From Asterias rubens (taxonomy: Eukaryota), in the NCBI RefSeq assembly GCF_902459465.1, contig NC_047073.1, positions 2,604,001-2,668,000 on the forward strand: 64,000 bases of DNA. The letters run 5' to 3'. Below, piece by piece: positions 24,801 through 37,600 of the stretch. How positions within the stretch are numbered: the stretch's first letter is position 1; each line of letters opens with the position of its first letter. The notes beneath the pieces were generated by a model. It was not told the DNA's origin, ran no database searches, and saw only the letters and a list, made by a program, of their open reading frames with translations. A program made the translations under genes and the position numbers.

Positions 24801-27800
24801 AATGTCACCGAAGGAGCTTGACTGTAGTTACCTTCAGTTGGCTGTTGCATTTCAGGAAGTTGCTGTTGCATATCGGGGACTTGCGTTTGAGGAATTCCCT
24901 GCCAAGGAAAAAACAAAGTATGATAACAATGCATTGATAGAGCACCTCATGCAAGCCTGATAGTGCTGACCAGTAAAACAATAGGTAAAAGCATAATATA
25001 ATTTAAGTGAAACGGGCAAATATAAGGCAAAAAGCATATAGTTATGTAATCAACACACTAACAATACCTAACAAACATTATCCATAAATTAAGCTACATG
25101 AATACCAAGACAAAAATACAAAACGCCAAAAGGGATAAAAAGGATAAATCGATAACAAAAGAGTGGAGAGGTCACATTCAAAACTTGAGGTCTCGAAATC
25201 AAGCATCTGAAAGCACACAGCTTTGGGTGACAAATGTGTTTCTTTCTTCCATAGTTATCTCTCAACTTCGACTGCCAATTTAGCTGAAATTTTCACGGGT
25301 TGGGTTATTTTATGCATAAGTTGAGATACACCGCGTGATAATAATTAATTGAATGTTCCATTCAACTCGGCACCGCCTTGTTGAGTAGAACATTCCATCT
25401 TTCAACTCGTGAACACATTCGCACCATTGCACTCATAAACATTCATTCTTTGTATACTGACTTACCGTCAGTAGGTACTCCATCGCTCGGTCAGGGTTGT
25501 TGAAGCTGGCATGGAGGGCAGCCTCCACCTTGTGTCTCTCGTATCCCAAAAGCACGATTTGTTCCACCATCGATTTGTATTCGTCACCGGTAACCAGCAT
25601 CGACTCTGCTGTATTCACTGAAGCCATGGGCTCATCACTGGTAGTCGTCATTGTGGTAGAAGAGGAACTTTAAGAAATAGAAAAAGTCAAGAATTATAAT
25701 TGATGCAAAGATGCAAAGACAGAGGGCTTTTTTGTCTAGCCTCCTGCCGTGGCCTTCATGGCTATCCCTATCAACTCAAAGGGGAGACCACTTGACGAGT
25801 CAAGGGCCATTTTTTAAACATGCATTATTCATTACTTGTTTCCAAAGTGTCAAACGATACCAATCACAACGCAGACATGCTCAAAAACGTTTTATAAACA
25901 AATCAAAGGTTGATGATTGTTTTTTTTCCCAGGCAGTGTGCATAATTTGTTCTTGTATGCTGACCCCAGTTGTTTCTAAAAACACAAGAAATCGCAATCA
26001 GGTTGAAAAAGGCTGTGACACTCCCTGCGTGGCCTCCCATTTCAAGTCGCTTCGGATATCGGCGGTCTGAAGCTGTCCCAGCCACGAAGGCCTCAACAAA
26101 TGGCTAGGCTTTGGTAAGGAACACAAGTTCCACTACACAAATGCCAGAATTCATCAAATCTTAGCCATCTCTGACATCAAAACTTTTAATATCGGAGATC
26201 AGCAAGATTGTTTTGATATCATCTGCAGAGTTTATTTATTTTTTATTAATTTTTTTGTTATGCAAGTTCCCCAAAACAAGGCTAAAAGCCACTCTAGGTT
26301 AAGGGCTACAAGGAAGAAAACTCAGTGGAGCTGAAGTTACGAATTGATATTAAAAGATGGAAGATCATAGGATGAAAGGAAACATGCACTAGGCAAGGAG
26401 TTCCAAATAGATGCAGTACGAGGGAAAAAGCTACTGGAGTAGCTCTTTGTTAGGCCCCCAACTGTCTGTGCATCAAAGTCTGTGTGAACCAAATATGAAC
26501 CGAAGCCAAACTGAGAAATCAAAGGGCCAGATATACACACCTTGTGGTAGTGGCTGGTGCATTATCTTTCTTTTCCTCTGGAGGTTTCTCTGTGGGTTTT
26601 GTTTCTGTTGCTGTGGTGGGTGAGGGGGTTGAGGCAGGGGCTGCAGCGCATGTCTCTGGCTTCGCAGGTTCTGCGGACTTGGCTGCTGCCTTCGGCTGGA
26701 AAGAGAATTGGTAATGATGAAAAGAGCCAAAACATGTCAACGGGGGTGAACATTTTAAAACAGAATTTTTTGAATTTCAATGCCCAAGTGAACTTTATTT
26801 GATATTGGCAACTTCCTTTCTGATAAAATAACATAAAAAATGGTTTATACTTGATAACATTGTGAGAAACTGCTTTCTCTGAAGTAACGTAGTTTTTGAG
26901 AAGTTATTTCTCACTAAATATTTGAATTGATTTCGAGACCTCAGTTGTGGTCTCGAATTCAAGCACTTGAAAACAAACAATTTGTGCGACAAGGGTGTTT
27001 ATTCTTCAATTACTTTCTTCCAACTTCGACTACCAATTGATTTCATACTTTTACAGGTTTGTTATTTTATGCATCGGTTGAGATACACCAGAAGACTTGT
27101 CTTTGACAACTAGCAAAGGTGTCCAGTGCCTTTAAGTTGACCGTACTTACCTTTGTCAGCATTACCACAACGAAACTCTTGTCATCAATCTTGTACTCAC
27201 TGATTGGATTGTCATCATTCAGGATTTTACCTGCAGGCAAAAATAGAATTTTAAAAACATTGTAGTTCTGTTTATATTTGGTTTGCGGTAACACCATGTG
27301 TGTATCTACTTGCCAGGTAGAGTTTGTTCTTAAAGAACAGTCTTTCTTTATTCTACTACCGCGGAGTAGATTTATCGGGTGTTCGGGAGACTTCGGGAGA
27401 CTTCTCAGTTCTGAAAAGAACTGTCCTGCTTTTTAACTATTACCCGGGCAGAAGGTATAGAAAATTGGCTTGGACTACTACTTTAGCTTAAAATTAGATT
27501 GTAATTAACTGTACTACCGCGGAGTCAGTTCTTGAATTGGTCTCAACGTTTCGACAAGCTTGCTCTAGTCATCGTCAGAGACTGACTGGTTTGTAGTTTT
27601 GGTTTGTTTTTCATTCGCCCAATGGACAAGTTAGCAACAAGTTTGAGTTGCCCACAATTTCACTGGCCGACATTAAAAAATGCACATGATTGTTTAAGTT
27701 TGCAGAAGATTTAACTTTTACGCAATCTTATCCCCTTATTTCTGCCCTTAATTACAAACTTGACAAATAAACTCTTGTTGGGAATTTACCAACAAAGGCC

Positions 27801-29262
27801 TAGTCCTAATTTATTATGAGAATTTCTTTGACCCGACTGGCAGGCCGGCAAGTAAAGAAAGGGTTTTGACTTGCCTGCCACTATTTTAAACTGCATTTGG
27901 CGACTAGGCGGCCCCTAAATTCGAACCCTGCTAAAACATTACCTGCATAAATGAGTTTCTGCCCTGTCGCTGGGAACTCTTTGTCCGTTTCAGCCTCAAT
28001 TTTTTCCTTGAGGGACTTGACCTGGATGACAAGAAGGAGCAGAAATTTAATAAAACTTAAACAAGAGTACATGTATTGGTTTTTTTTATACTAAAAAAAT
28101 GTCTTGACAGTTTCGATGCTAGTCAACTCTCCCCCAAGCAAAGTCGCCCCCTCTTAAAGTTGCCCTGCCCACAAAGTCACCCTCCGTCAAAGTTGCTACA
28201 GAAAAAAGTATACGAGTGATGTAAAGCCACAAAGTGCAGAGAGTCTTTTGAATGCTTCAAAGGCTCTACACTTTGGGAGGTGCTCTCACTCTAATCTGCA
28301 AACAAATTATTACTTCATACATATTTGTTTAACCTAGCATCGGTGTGTTTTTAAAAGCACTGTATGCTAAGTACTTTCCCAAAGTTATGTGAAAAAAAGC
28401 CCACAGGCAAACCACTTAAGTAAGATTTGAACCCACCATAAGCTTAAGGCTGTTTTTGATTTTTGGATCCATATATTAAAAAATATTTTCTCAATGATGC
28501 TTCAAATTTAAGTGTTTAAATTTATTCATTACACATTGAAGATCAAATCCATGTTCTTTGTAAGTGGTGAAAAATGGGCAAATCTGATCACTTGTATAAA
28601 TTGAACATTGTTATCATGCTAATAAATATTAATATTATATATGATCCTAATACTAATCGGATGTGTCACAACTCAAGTCCAGTCTTTGACCGTCGGAGGA
28701 TGGAGGGTTATAATATGTCATGATCATTGCAACAAGACAGTTGGCTCAACTCAAAATAGGCTACCGTCTGCGTAAACTTTCAATATTTTGCCACCATCAC
28801 TTTACTCATTTTTACAAAAAGGAACATCTCCCATTTGTTTTTGCCGAGTAAATTTACAAGATCCTATTATATTTCCCCCCAAAAAGTGGTGGCAGGGTCC
28901 TGAAGAAACTTTTCCTTTTCTACATACGAAGTATTAAGCGGATAACTTTCCGCCACCACTTTTTCATAACAAATTTTTACAAAAAGGGATATCTCCATTG
29001 AGGTCGAGCTTGAGTTGAGACAGGAGATTTATTAGGTGACATATTACACATCTCACATTATATTAACAATAACAATTGAATGTAAACATTTGTTGATTAG
29101 TAAACAACTAACAAGGGAGCAGTCACCGCCGAGTGCATGCAGTCATTACCAAAATGTCCGTAAATTGGGCAAAAAAAACATAAAGATGATAAATACCGTT
29201 AAAGAGTCGTCGATGTCCACCTTGAATGTCTTCTGCTGCAGCGTCTTCAGTGTTATAAGCAT
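21877..29262 (-). CDS. RAD23: UV excision repair protein RAD23 homolog (UBL-UBA1-XPC binding-UBA2), 387 aa
   Basis: Exons (minus strand): 29197-29262, 27943-28021, 27151-27230, 26541-26695, 25466-25667, 24832-24898, 23787-23914, 23246-23515, 21877-21993. All are GT-AG, phases are consistent, total 1164 nt. [21 protein letters not shown]...[14 protein letters not shown]; UBA1 [29 protein letters not shown]; XPC-binding [23 protein letters not shown]; UBA2 [30 protein letters not shown]. Confidence 0.96.
22242..22613. mobile_element. TTAA-flanked MITE, second subfamily
   Basis: ttaaAGCCATTGGACCCTATCGGT...ACCGAAAGTGTATAATGGCTttaa: imperfect terminal inverted repeats. Confidence 0.7.
26240..26450 (-). 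mobile_element. 3' end of a non-LTR retrotransposon
   Basis: Translates to [26 protein letters not shown], typical of LINE ORF2 C-termini, followed by an A-rich tail. Confidence 0.7.
26800..27135 (-). mobile_element. T2/Kolobok-type MITE in RAD23 intron 3
   Basis: Reverse-oriented family body ending GTGTCCAGTGCCTttaa at 27135, 15 bp from the exon 3 donor. Confidence 0.7.
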
Positions 29263-29479
29263 CTTGACCGGTTACCGTTGAACGGCTGCATCCAATATGG
29301 GGAGAAAATGTGGTATTTCTTTCTGTGGAAATGCCTTTTCAATCACACGATCGTGACCAAGTGATTTCTAATGAGAAATATACACGATGCATTGATGAAC
29401 GGTGCTTTGTGTACGGAAGCAAGGGGACTGGGTACCATACGTAGTCGGTGTATGGACTGCCTTTTTTCAACATATAATA

Positions 29480-29487
29480 TGACGTCA
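29480..29487. promoter_or_regulatory. CRE palindrome about 220 bp upstream of the RAD23 start codon
   Basis: Exact TGACGTCA; function is inferred from position only. Confidence 0.3.
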
Positions 29488-29999
29488 CGACGGACATATT
29501 CATCCGCACTAGGCATGCATAAAGGCACAGGGACTATTTTAGGTCCAGTTATTTTACAAAAAAGTCCAAAATCGAAAGAATAGAAACCCCCAAAAAACAA
29601 AAATAAACACTGTGGAAGGCTCCAGGAAAGCACACATTTGCTTATCACAATTTTTCTTTTTAGCTTAGATAAGAAATTTGCTAAGCAGCTGGTGTATCTG
29701 GTTCAAATCCTGCATGGATGGGTTAAGTTTAGTCATTTGCTAATTTTTTGTGGGAGAGGTGATGGGGCATGCTCTAACAGTGGCTTTGGCTTATTTGGGT
29801 TGTCCCAGGTTCGAATCCTGGACAGGTTGAAATGTTTCTTATTTAAATCCCGAAAATGACGGATTTCCTTTACTATAGCTCAACATTCCCTCCATATACA
29901 TATGAACCCAGTGTTGAGGTCTCAAGACCAGTTTTATGGTTTCCCCCTCGGACCTCAGGGCTCCTCAGCCTCTGATAATCGGGTGTCGACTACAAAACT

Positions 30000-30097
30000 G
30001 GCACATATGCACACTCATTTTCCTCTCAAACATTTTAGACTTTAGGCCGGCACATATGCACACTCATTTTCCTCTCAAACATTTTAGACTTTAGGCC
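30000..30097 (+). repeat. Perfect 49-bp tandem duplication
   Basis: GGCACATATGCACACTCATTTTCCTCTCAAACATTTTAGACTTTAGGCC occurs twice in tandem. Confidence 0.9.
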
Positions 30098-31638
30098 TGA
30101 AGCCTGTTATTAGGCATCTGAAAACACACATATTTTTGCAACAAGGGTGTTTTTTTCTTATGAGTCTCTTGCAACTTTGATGACCATTAAGTGTCCAAAT
30201 TTTCACAGGTTTGTTAATTTATGCATAATGTGGGATACACCAAGTGAGAAAACTGGTCTTTGACACTTACCAAAAGGTGTCCAATGCCTTCATCTCAAAA
30301 GCGAATAAAACATGCATTCATAATTAGTCACCTGGATTCCGTTAAAATTTCAAGAGATCATAAAAACTCACACATCCAGTGTGTGGTTCAGTTTATTTCT
30401 ACATTTCCACATTTTCTACATGGTTTGCTTAGAAAATAGTACTTGTTTATGGTAAGCTCAATAAATATTAATATAATGATGAAATCAGTACAATAATAAC
30501 TCTAACAAATTCTAAGCCTCTACAGCCCGGTTTATACTTCCTACGAATGCAAACCCGAATTTGACGTCACATTATGTTTTCGTTGTGAATTCGAAAGAGA
30601 CTTGAGCCTAGCTCAACTGCTGATCATTGCGAATTTGTGCTGTCAACATTCGTATCGCGTTCACATTCTCAGGAAGAATGAACCGGGCTTACAATACCGG
30701 AGAATACCAGAGAAACAGAGGACCCCTTGGCTAAAATTGTGCACTTAACAACGGGCCCGAGGCTATAAGGACAATTTCATAATGCTCTTAAATTACATTA
30801 CAAAGAATTTTTTTTTAAATAATGCAACAAACATATATGTATTATTTCAGTAAAACAATATTACAAAATCTGTAGTAGAGTGTTATCTAGTACTGTTATC
30901 AATGGTCAACTGTTCGTTCAATAAATAGTAGCTCATAATGGTAATGTGACACATACGTCATGATCAACGCTTACAGAAACAGGTCAGAGGTTAAAACAAG
31001 AGTGCATTGTATTATTTTCGAGTTGTAACCCATTCCGCTTTTTAAAATAAAATAGAAACAAATCTTTACGGAATATTGCCAGACAGCAACTTTATGGTTG
31101 ACAGCACCAGGCCTGATGCTCCATTTTTGAAAGGGCAAGGGCACCAAGGCATTTTCTCCTTGGTAAAGTTACCTTGTAAGGAAATTGTTATTTTCTACTG
31201 GAGCATTTCAAGGGCACCAATTAAATGACCAGTGGGCATGGAGGCAATCGCCTCCGTTGCCTCCGTGAAGTATCAGGCCTGCCAGTATATAAAGTGGACT
31301 TGGGTCTTGCATATTGTGTGTGTGCCACGGTATGACGCCTCAATGCAACGTGTGCAGACTCACATGATATCCATCCATACGCAAGGTGCCATAGCTGGGC
31401 AGAGCTTAATGAATAAACAGGGTCCAATAGCATGCCTCTGCTTACGGCCAAATTCTGCAAAGCAACAAATTTCTGCGCTAGCTGTTAGCAAATAATGCCT
31501 AGTGGAGTAAGCACAAGCACAAGCAAAAATTACCTGCTAACCTTTGGAATACGCTTGACAAAAGTGCAGAGTACTTGTTTACGGTAAGCAGAGCACTTGA
31601 AATTGGCCCAAGATTTGTCAGGAAGAACCCTATTCTAT

Positions 31639-34600
31639 CTAGAAATCAGCATCCAGAGTGAAGACATGCCTCGAGTCGTCTTCAGTCATCACATGAGCCC
31701 GTTGGTATTCAGAAACTCTCTTCTCAAAGAAATTTGACTTCCCTTCCAGAGAGATGTTCTCCATGAAGTCAAACGGATTTGCGGTTTTGAACATCTACCA
31801 GAAATCAAGACAGAAAGAGCACAAGCGATGTTAGTGACACAAACCATTTGTAGGAATTGACAAAAGACTAAAGAGGCTTCATTTGCATTGAAAACATTTT
31901 CCACGACAACTTACAATGAAATTCTACGGTCGCTGTAACTAAGAACTCTCATAACCCTACTCGCGTTGAATGAAGATGTATGTAATATGATTTAACAGTA
32001 GATGTTTCAGCCTCACTAAAGTTTTTGAGAAAAACAGTAAAAAATCACAGAGCAATGTTTCCTGTTGTACTTGCTAAATTTTTTGTGTAATACCATACTT
32101 ATTTCATAACAAATGCTTTCACAGCACAAAGCGCCCCATTCTACAGGTCTCTTAACGAGTGAGCGCACATAGGGTGTCATGGCCGAGTTGAATTGAATTT
32201 TAAGTTCCGGTGTTTAAGTGTGGGTTCGAATCCCGGTCATGACATTTGTGTCCCTTAGGAAGATACTTTACTATAATTGCTTCTCTTCACCAAGGGGGGT
32301 ACCTGCGAGGGTATAGGTTGATATTGTGTATGAAAAAGCCACTGGCCGTCACAACGCTCTGGGCTGTATACTCCCAGGGAGCTGAGAAAGACTAAAGGAA
32401 TGTTATTGGCCCAATGACAAGAGCACTACTGAAGCGCATTGAGACGGTTATTGTGAAACGCCTAATAAAAACTATGGTTATTATTAGTATTATTATGACA
32501 TTTACCTTGCTGCAGCCGAGCTCTGTGAGAAGCCTATCTGCAACGAACTCAATGTACTCCATCATCAGCTGAGCATTCATCCCGATCAATCTCAGCGGCA
32601 AGGCTTCCTTGAAGAAGTCCTTCTCGATGCCTACAGCCTCCACGATGATCTCTTCGATTCTAGCTTCCCGTGGTTTGTGGACCAGGTAGGTGAAGAGGTG
32701 GCTGGCGAACTCGCAGTGGAGGCCTTCGTCACGGCTGATGAGCTCATTGGAGAACGTCAGCCCCGGCATCAGACCCCTTGAAAAAAATGCGTAAAGTTGT
32801 TTTAAACATTTCATAGAGTCATGTAAAAAAAAAGGTAATGGTCCGACAGTTCGCCCCCCGCAGAGTTTTCTTGAAGGCTTAAAGGCAGTGGACACTATTG
32901 GTAATTGTCAAAGACTAGCCTTCACAGTTGGTGTATCTCAACATATGCATAAAATAACTAACCTGTGAAAATTTGAGCTCAATCGATCATCGAAGTTGCA
33001 AGATAATAATGAAAGAAAAAACACCCTTGTCACATGAAGTTGTGTGCGTTTAGATGCTTGATTTCGAGACCTCAAGTTCTAAATCTGAGGTCTTAAAATC
33101 AAATTCGTGGAAAATAACTTCTTTCTCAAAAACTATGGCACTTCAGAGTGAGCCGTTTCTCACAATGTTTTATACCATCAACCTCTCCCCATTACTCTAC
33201 ACCAAGAAAGGTTTTATGCTAATAATTATTTTGAGTAATTACCAAAAGTGTCCACTGCCTTAAAGGACACGCAACAAACAGGAATAGGTAACTTAGTTTT
33301 GGGCTTACCTCTTTTTCAACCAGAAGATGGCAGCAAACGACCCAGAGAAAAATATCCCCTCAACCGCTGTAAAGGCCACAAGTCTCTCTCCAAAAGAAGC
33401 TTCCCTCGACTGAATCCATTTCAGAGCCCACTCTGCCTTCTTCTTGATGCATGGCACTGTCAAAATCAATTGAAAAAAGTTATCATTTGGGAAGCAATCA
33501 TCTTTACTAGCAGCTGAGAAGCTGAATAGCGAAAGACACAACTGTTTAAACAGAAGGCACGCAAGGGTGCCTTAGGCAGTCTGTCCCATCAAACGCACCA
33601 TGAACACAGAGCCTGGCCAGAGATCGAAGAAAACCGGAGCACCTGGAGAAAAACCATCGCACAACTTTGGTCACATATAATTTCCTTAGCCGAGATTCAA
33701 ACCAGGACCACATTGGGGAGAGCTGATCGGTTTACGCTCAAGCAACCTATACCACCTAGTTAGTAGTGGATAGTCTTATATTAAAATCTCGTCACGCGTG
33801 GGGTGACAGGTCTTTTTCTTCAGCCGCCCCACGCATCTGGAACTCTCTACCACTTAATCTTCCATCTCGTCTTTGTACCGCAAAATTCAAGTCTCTTCTC
33901 AAAACTTGTCTTATGTCACAGGTTTTCAATGACGAATTTTGTTGTGTCTGTTTTTCTTTGTGTTGTGTTTTGTTTTTGGTTTTACTGCGCCTTGAACACC
34001 CAGCAGGGTGGATATGTGTGCATTACAAGTGTTATTATTATTATTATTATTATTAAAATACAGGACATTCACGTCAATACAGTGCACCCTCTACTGTTAG
34101 CAAAGGCGAGGCCACTTTCATTGTATCACAGGCAAAAGGAATCTTTACACGAACACATCGCAATGCAGTTGTTTGTTCCGCGGATTGCATGCAGACAAAG
34201 CAGCAAGTTCACAGTTTCCTCTTGTTTACAGCTTTGTTTTTAAAAAAACTTTTATTTTATTCAGAATTTAAGTCTGTGATGGCACTACATGATATCTTTC
34301 TCAAGACGGTTTTATCTACAAAAGACTCACTTGTTTCTATAGCGTTGAACAAGCGCATCTTCTCAGAATGGTCCTGTATGTAACTGTCGATGAGCAAACT
34401 ATACATCTCAGAGTGAATGTTCTGTAAACAAACAAACAAAAGAAATAAACAACAAAGCAATCAGCATGGCACTACATCATGGTCAAATAATATTCATAAA
34501 TACCCCAGACAGTTTTGCTTTTCCTATTGGTGGAGAACATGTCACATGGGGGTGTTTAAACGGCTGATAAAGACATAGCTGGAGCTGTTTAAGACCAGCT

Positions 34601-37600
34601 GGCTTCATATACGCTGATTTATCTACACAGAATGCAATGTAATATGTGCATAAAAACAACCAAGCGCGCACAAAACTGAATTTAAAAAAGTTTTTGAAAA
34701 TGTACAAACTCTGAAACTTCGATAAAGAAACAGATTGTCAAAGATTGTCTATGGTTGTAATATTTGTTTAGCTTTTTATGGCCATTTATGAATGGGAATA
34801 AAACAGAAGTGACTCAATCTTAAAAGGCCTTTTAAAACATTGCAGGGTCAGGGCCTTAATCCAACAGCCCAACCTGCCGTTTTTTAACGACCAACCAAAA
34901 AAATCCCGTAATAATAATAATAATTTGAGCTGAATTGCGAAGGACGCGACTACGTGTTCGAAAAGCAGGCATGCAAGGGCGCCTTCAGCTGCCAGCCACA
35001 TCAACCCATTATGACCACTGAGCACAGCCAAGATCAAAAGTGTTTGATTTTTCCCGAGGGAGGAAAACCGGATAGTCTGGAAAACCCTTGTGGCACAGCA
35101 GAGAACCAACGCACAACTCAACTGACATATGGCCCTGGCCGGGAGGCGAGCGCTTTACGCACAAGCCAACCGTGCCACCCAATAATAATAATAACATTCC
35201 CTTAATAATATAACCATGCAGTTCTCTATCTTAAAATACTAATAGAAGGTTGTGTTTACTTGCCTCCATTGCCATTTGGAAGCCATAAAAACATCTGGCT
35301 TCAGGTATCTGCACTTCTTGGCTGAACCTTTCAGCAAGGTTCTCATTGACGATGCCGTCACTTGCTGCAAAGAAGGCAAGGATGTGCTTGATGAAGTGCT
35401 GCTCCGAAGGCTGAAAACAAACAACATTACTTCTTAGAAGTTAGAATCCTAAAGCCAGGTTCGTACTTCCTGCGAAATGTGATACAATTTTGGACGTCAC
35501 AAATTCACAACAAATAATTCTGAACTGTGTTCAACTGCTGCGAAACATGGGCTGCGAAAATAGCCCTGTGACTTCGCATCACATTCGCAGAGTATGAACT
35601 GGGCTTTAATATGCCTGCATCATACTTTAAAGGGTTTGGGTACTTTTTGTGCGACACCAACCACAATGTCCACAGATTTACATTAAACTCATATAGTTTA
35701 AAGATAATGATAGTAAAAAGCTTCCCTTAGAATATTACTTGCTGAGGTGCTGTAGTTTTTGATAAATGAGTAAAACAATGTCACAAAAATAATTTTTTAT
35801 TTTTTATTTTTTTATTTTTTTCTCGAGTTGATTGAAACCAACGGTTCTTTTCAGAACCACCCCAACTCACTAGAGATAGTCATTACATGGTGTTACCGCA
35901 AACCTTTCTATATTGTATTTCCATCATGCAAAGTTTCAAATCCTCTTTAAAAATAATTTTAAAAGTAAAACTATTTGGGCATTTACAAGGTGCGACTCTC
36001 CTGAAAACATTGCTCTGTGATTTTCACAAACTTGACGGCTAATGACGCTGAAACTTCTACAGGTAAATTATATTGAATACATCTTCATTCCCCATGAATA
36101 GGTAGTCCCAAAGTTGTAACAAACAATCCGTTCAAGTTGCAATATCCTCAACTCTTGCGAAACATTCATTGTGAAATAGTCAATGAAAATTATGTGCTCG
36201 TCAAATTCACTTCTTTTGCACTCAAAAAAATATTTGTAAAAAATTGCAGCATTCCTTAAAGGAATCCTTAGTTTCAAAATAACAAAAACAAGAATCACTC
36301 TAAAAAATCACTCCCACGCTCAGGCTCTAGGGGACAAAGGAACACATAGCCTACCCCCTACTCAACAGAAAAAAAGCAGAAGAAGAAAAAAAAAAAGGTT
36401 TTAGCTGATGTCTGAACTGAAACAAAATATAAAATTTAATGGGAATACCTTAAGACTCCTCCAGTGTTCCGTGTCCTTTCCAAGATCTACTTCCTCACAT
36501 GTCCAAAAAGAGGCTGCAAAATAAAAACCTCACACAATAAGTGTTATTAATTCCTACATTTTGAAACAGGGATCTAATAAGTTTAAACCAAAAGTGTCTT
36601 CGGAAAGAGACCCTCCTGAATCCATCAAAATACTCCACTCTATGGTAACTCGACACCAAAGTGTTAGGAATCTGAAGAAACAAAATGTTGACTTGCACTC
36701 ATTGCCACACCCAACAAAGTCAGACACCTTCCTGAATACAATTTTGGAGGTTTGGGAGCTGTAAGGATTCAAGATTTTCTTCTTAGGTTTTTTTCTGGAG
36801 TGTCGTGGCTTAGCGGTTAAGAACATCGCACTCAAGCTCTGGTGTTTCTGATCAGCAGAGTGTGGGTTCGAATCCCGGTCGTGACTAAAATGACACGTAG
36901 GTCCTAAGGGGAGCATTGAACTATAATGCTTCGTCCTTTGGATGGGATGAAAGTCGATGGTTCTGTGTATTGTGTAACGCACGTAACAGAACATGGTGTT
37001 CCTGGTTTGATTGTCAGCTTATTGTGCCACAGCACCTCATAAACCATTCCATCAAAACCATTAATTGAAACGTAGTCCCACTTACCATGAGTATAATACT
37101 GAATGTGCACTTAGAATCAACTGCCTAATAATTGTTGTTTATTATTATTATTATTATTATTACGTTTTTTTGAGTAGATTTTTATATCAAATTCGAACCT
37201 TTGATTGACTTGACACAATGAAGCCACATTTGCGGAAAGAGCATTATTGTTACCTATCGGAAATTCAATTAATAGAAGACTAACCCTGAGCTTTCTTGTA
37301 GAACTTCCAAATTTCAGGGTACTGGATCGGCAAAATGACAAAACGTTTCGGGTTGGGTCTGAGAAGTGGTTCATCCTTGTCTGAATGAGATTTCCTGTCG
37401 ACATCTTTTGAAAGATTTTCTTCTGTATTCACTTCTTTGAGTTTGTCTGTGGGTTCATCCGAGGTCGTACGAGGAGTCGATTTCGACTGATTTCTCGAGG
37501 AGAGACTTTCTGTTTTTGACGAGGTCCTGAGGAGTTGACGCTCATCTTCCTCCTGAATGTATGACATCTGAGAGAGTAAAGGACTATCTTCCTCGTCACT

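Noticed and set aside
32172-32245. tRNA-like sequences with GGTTCGAATCC (also 36797, 43310, 50810)
   Set aside because: No complete cloverleaf; each continues into a SINE body, so these are SINE heads, not tRNA genes.
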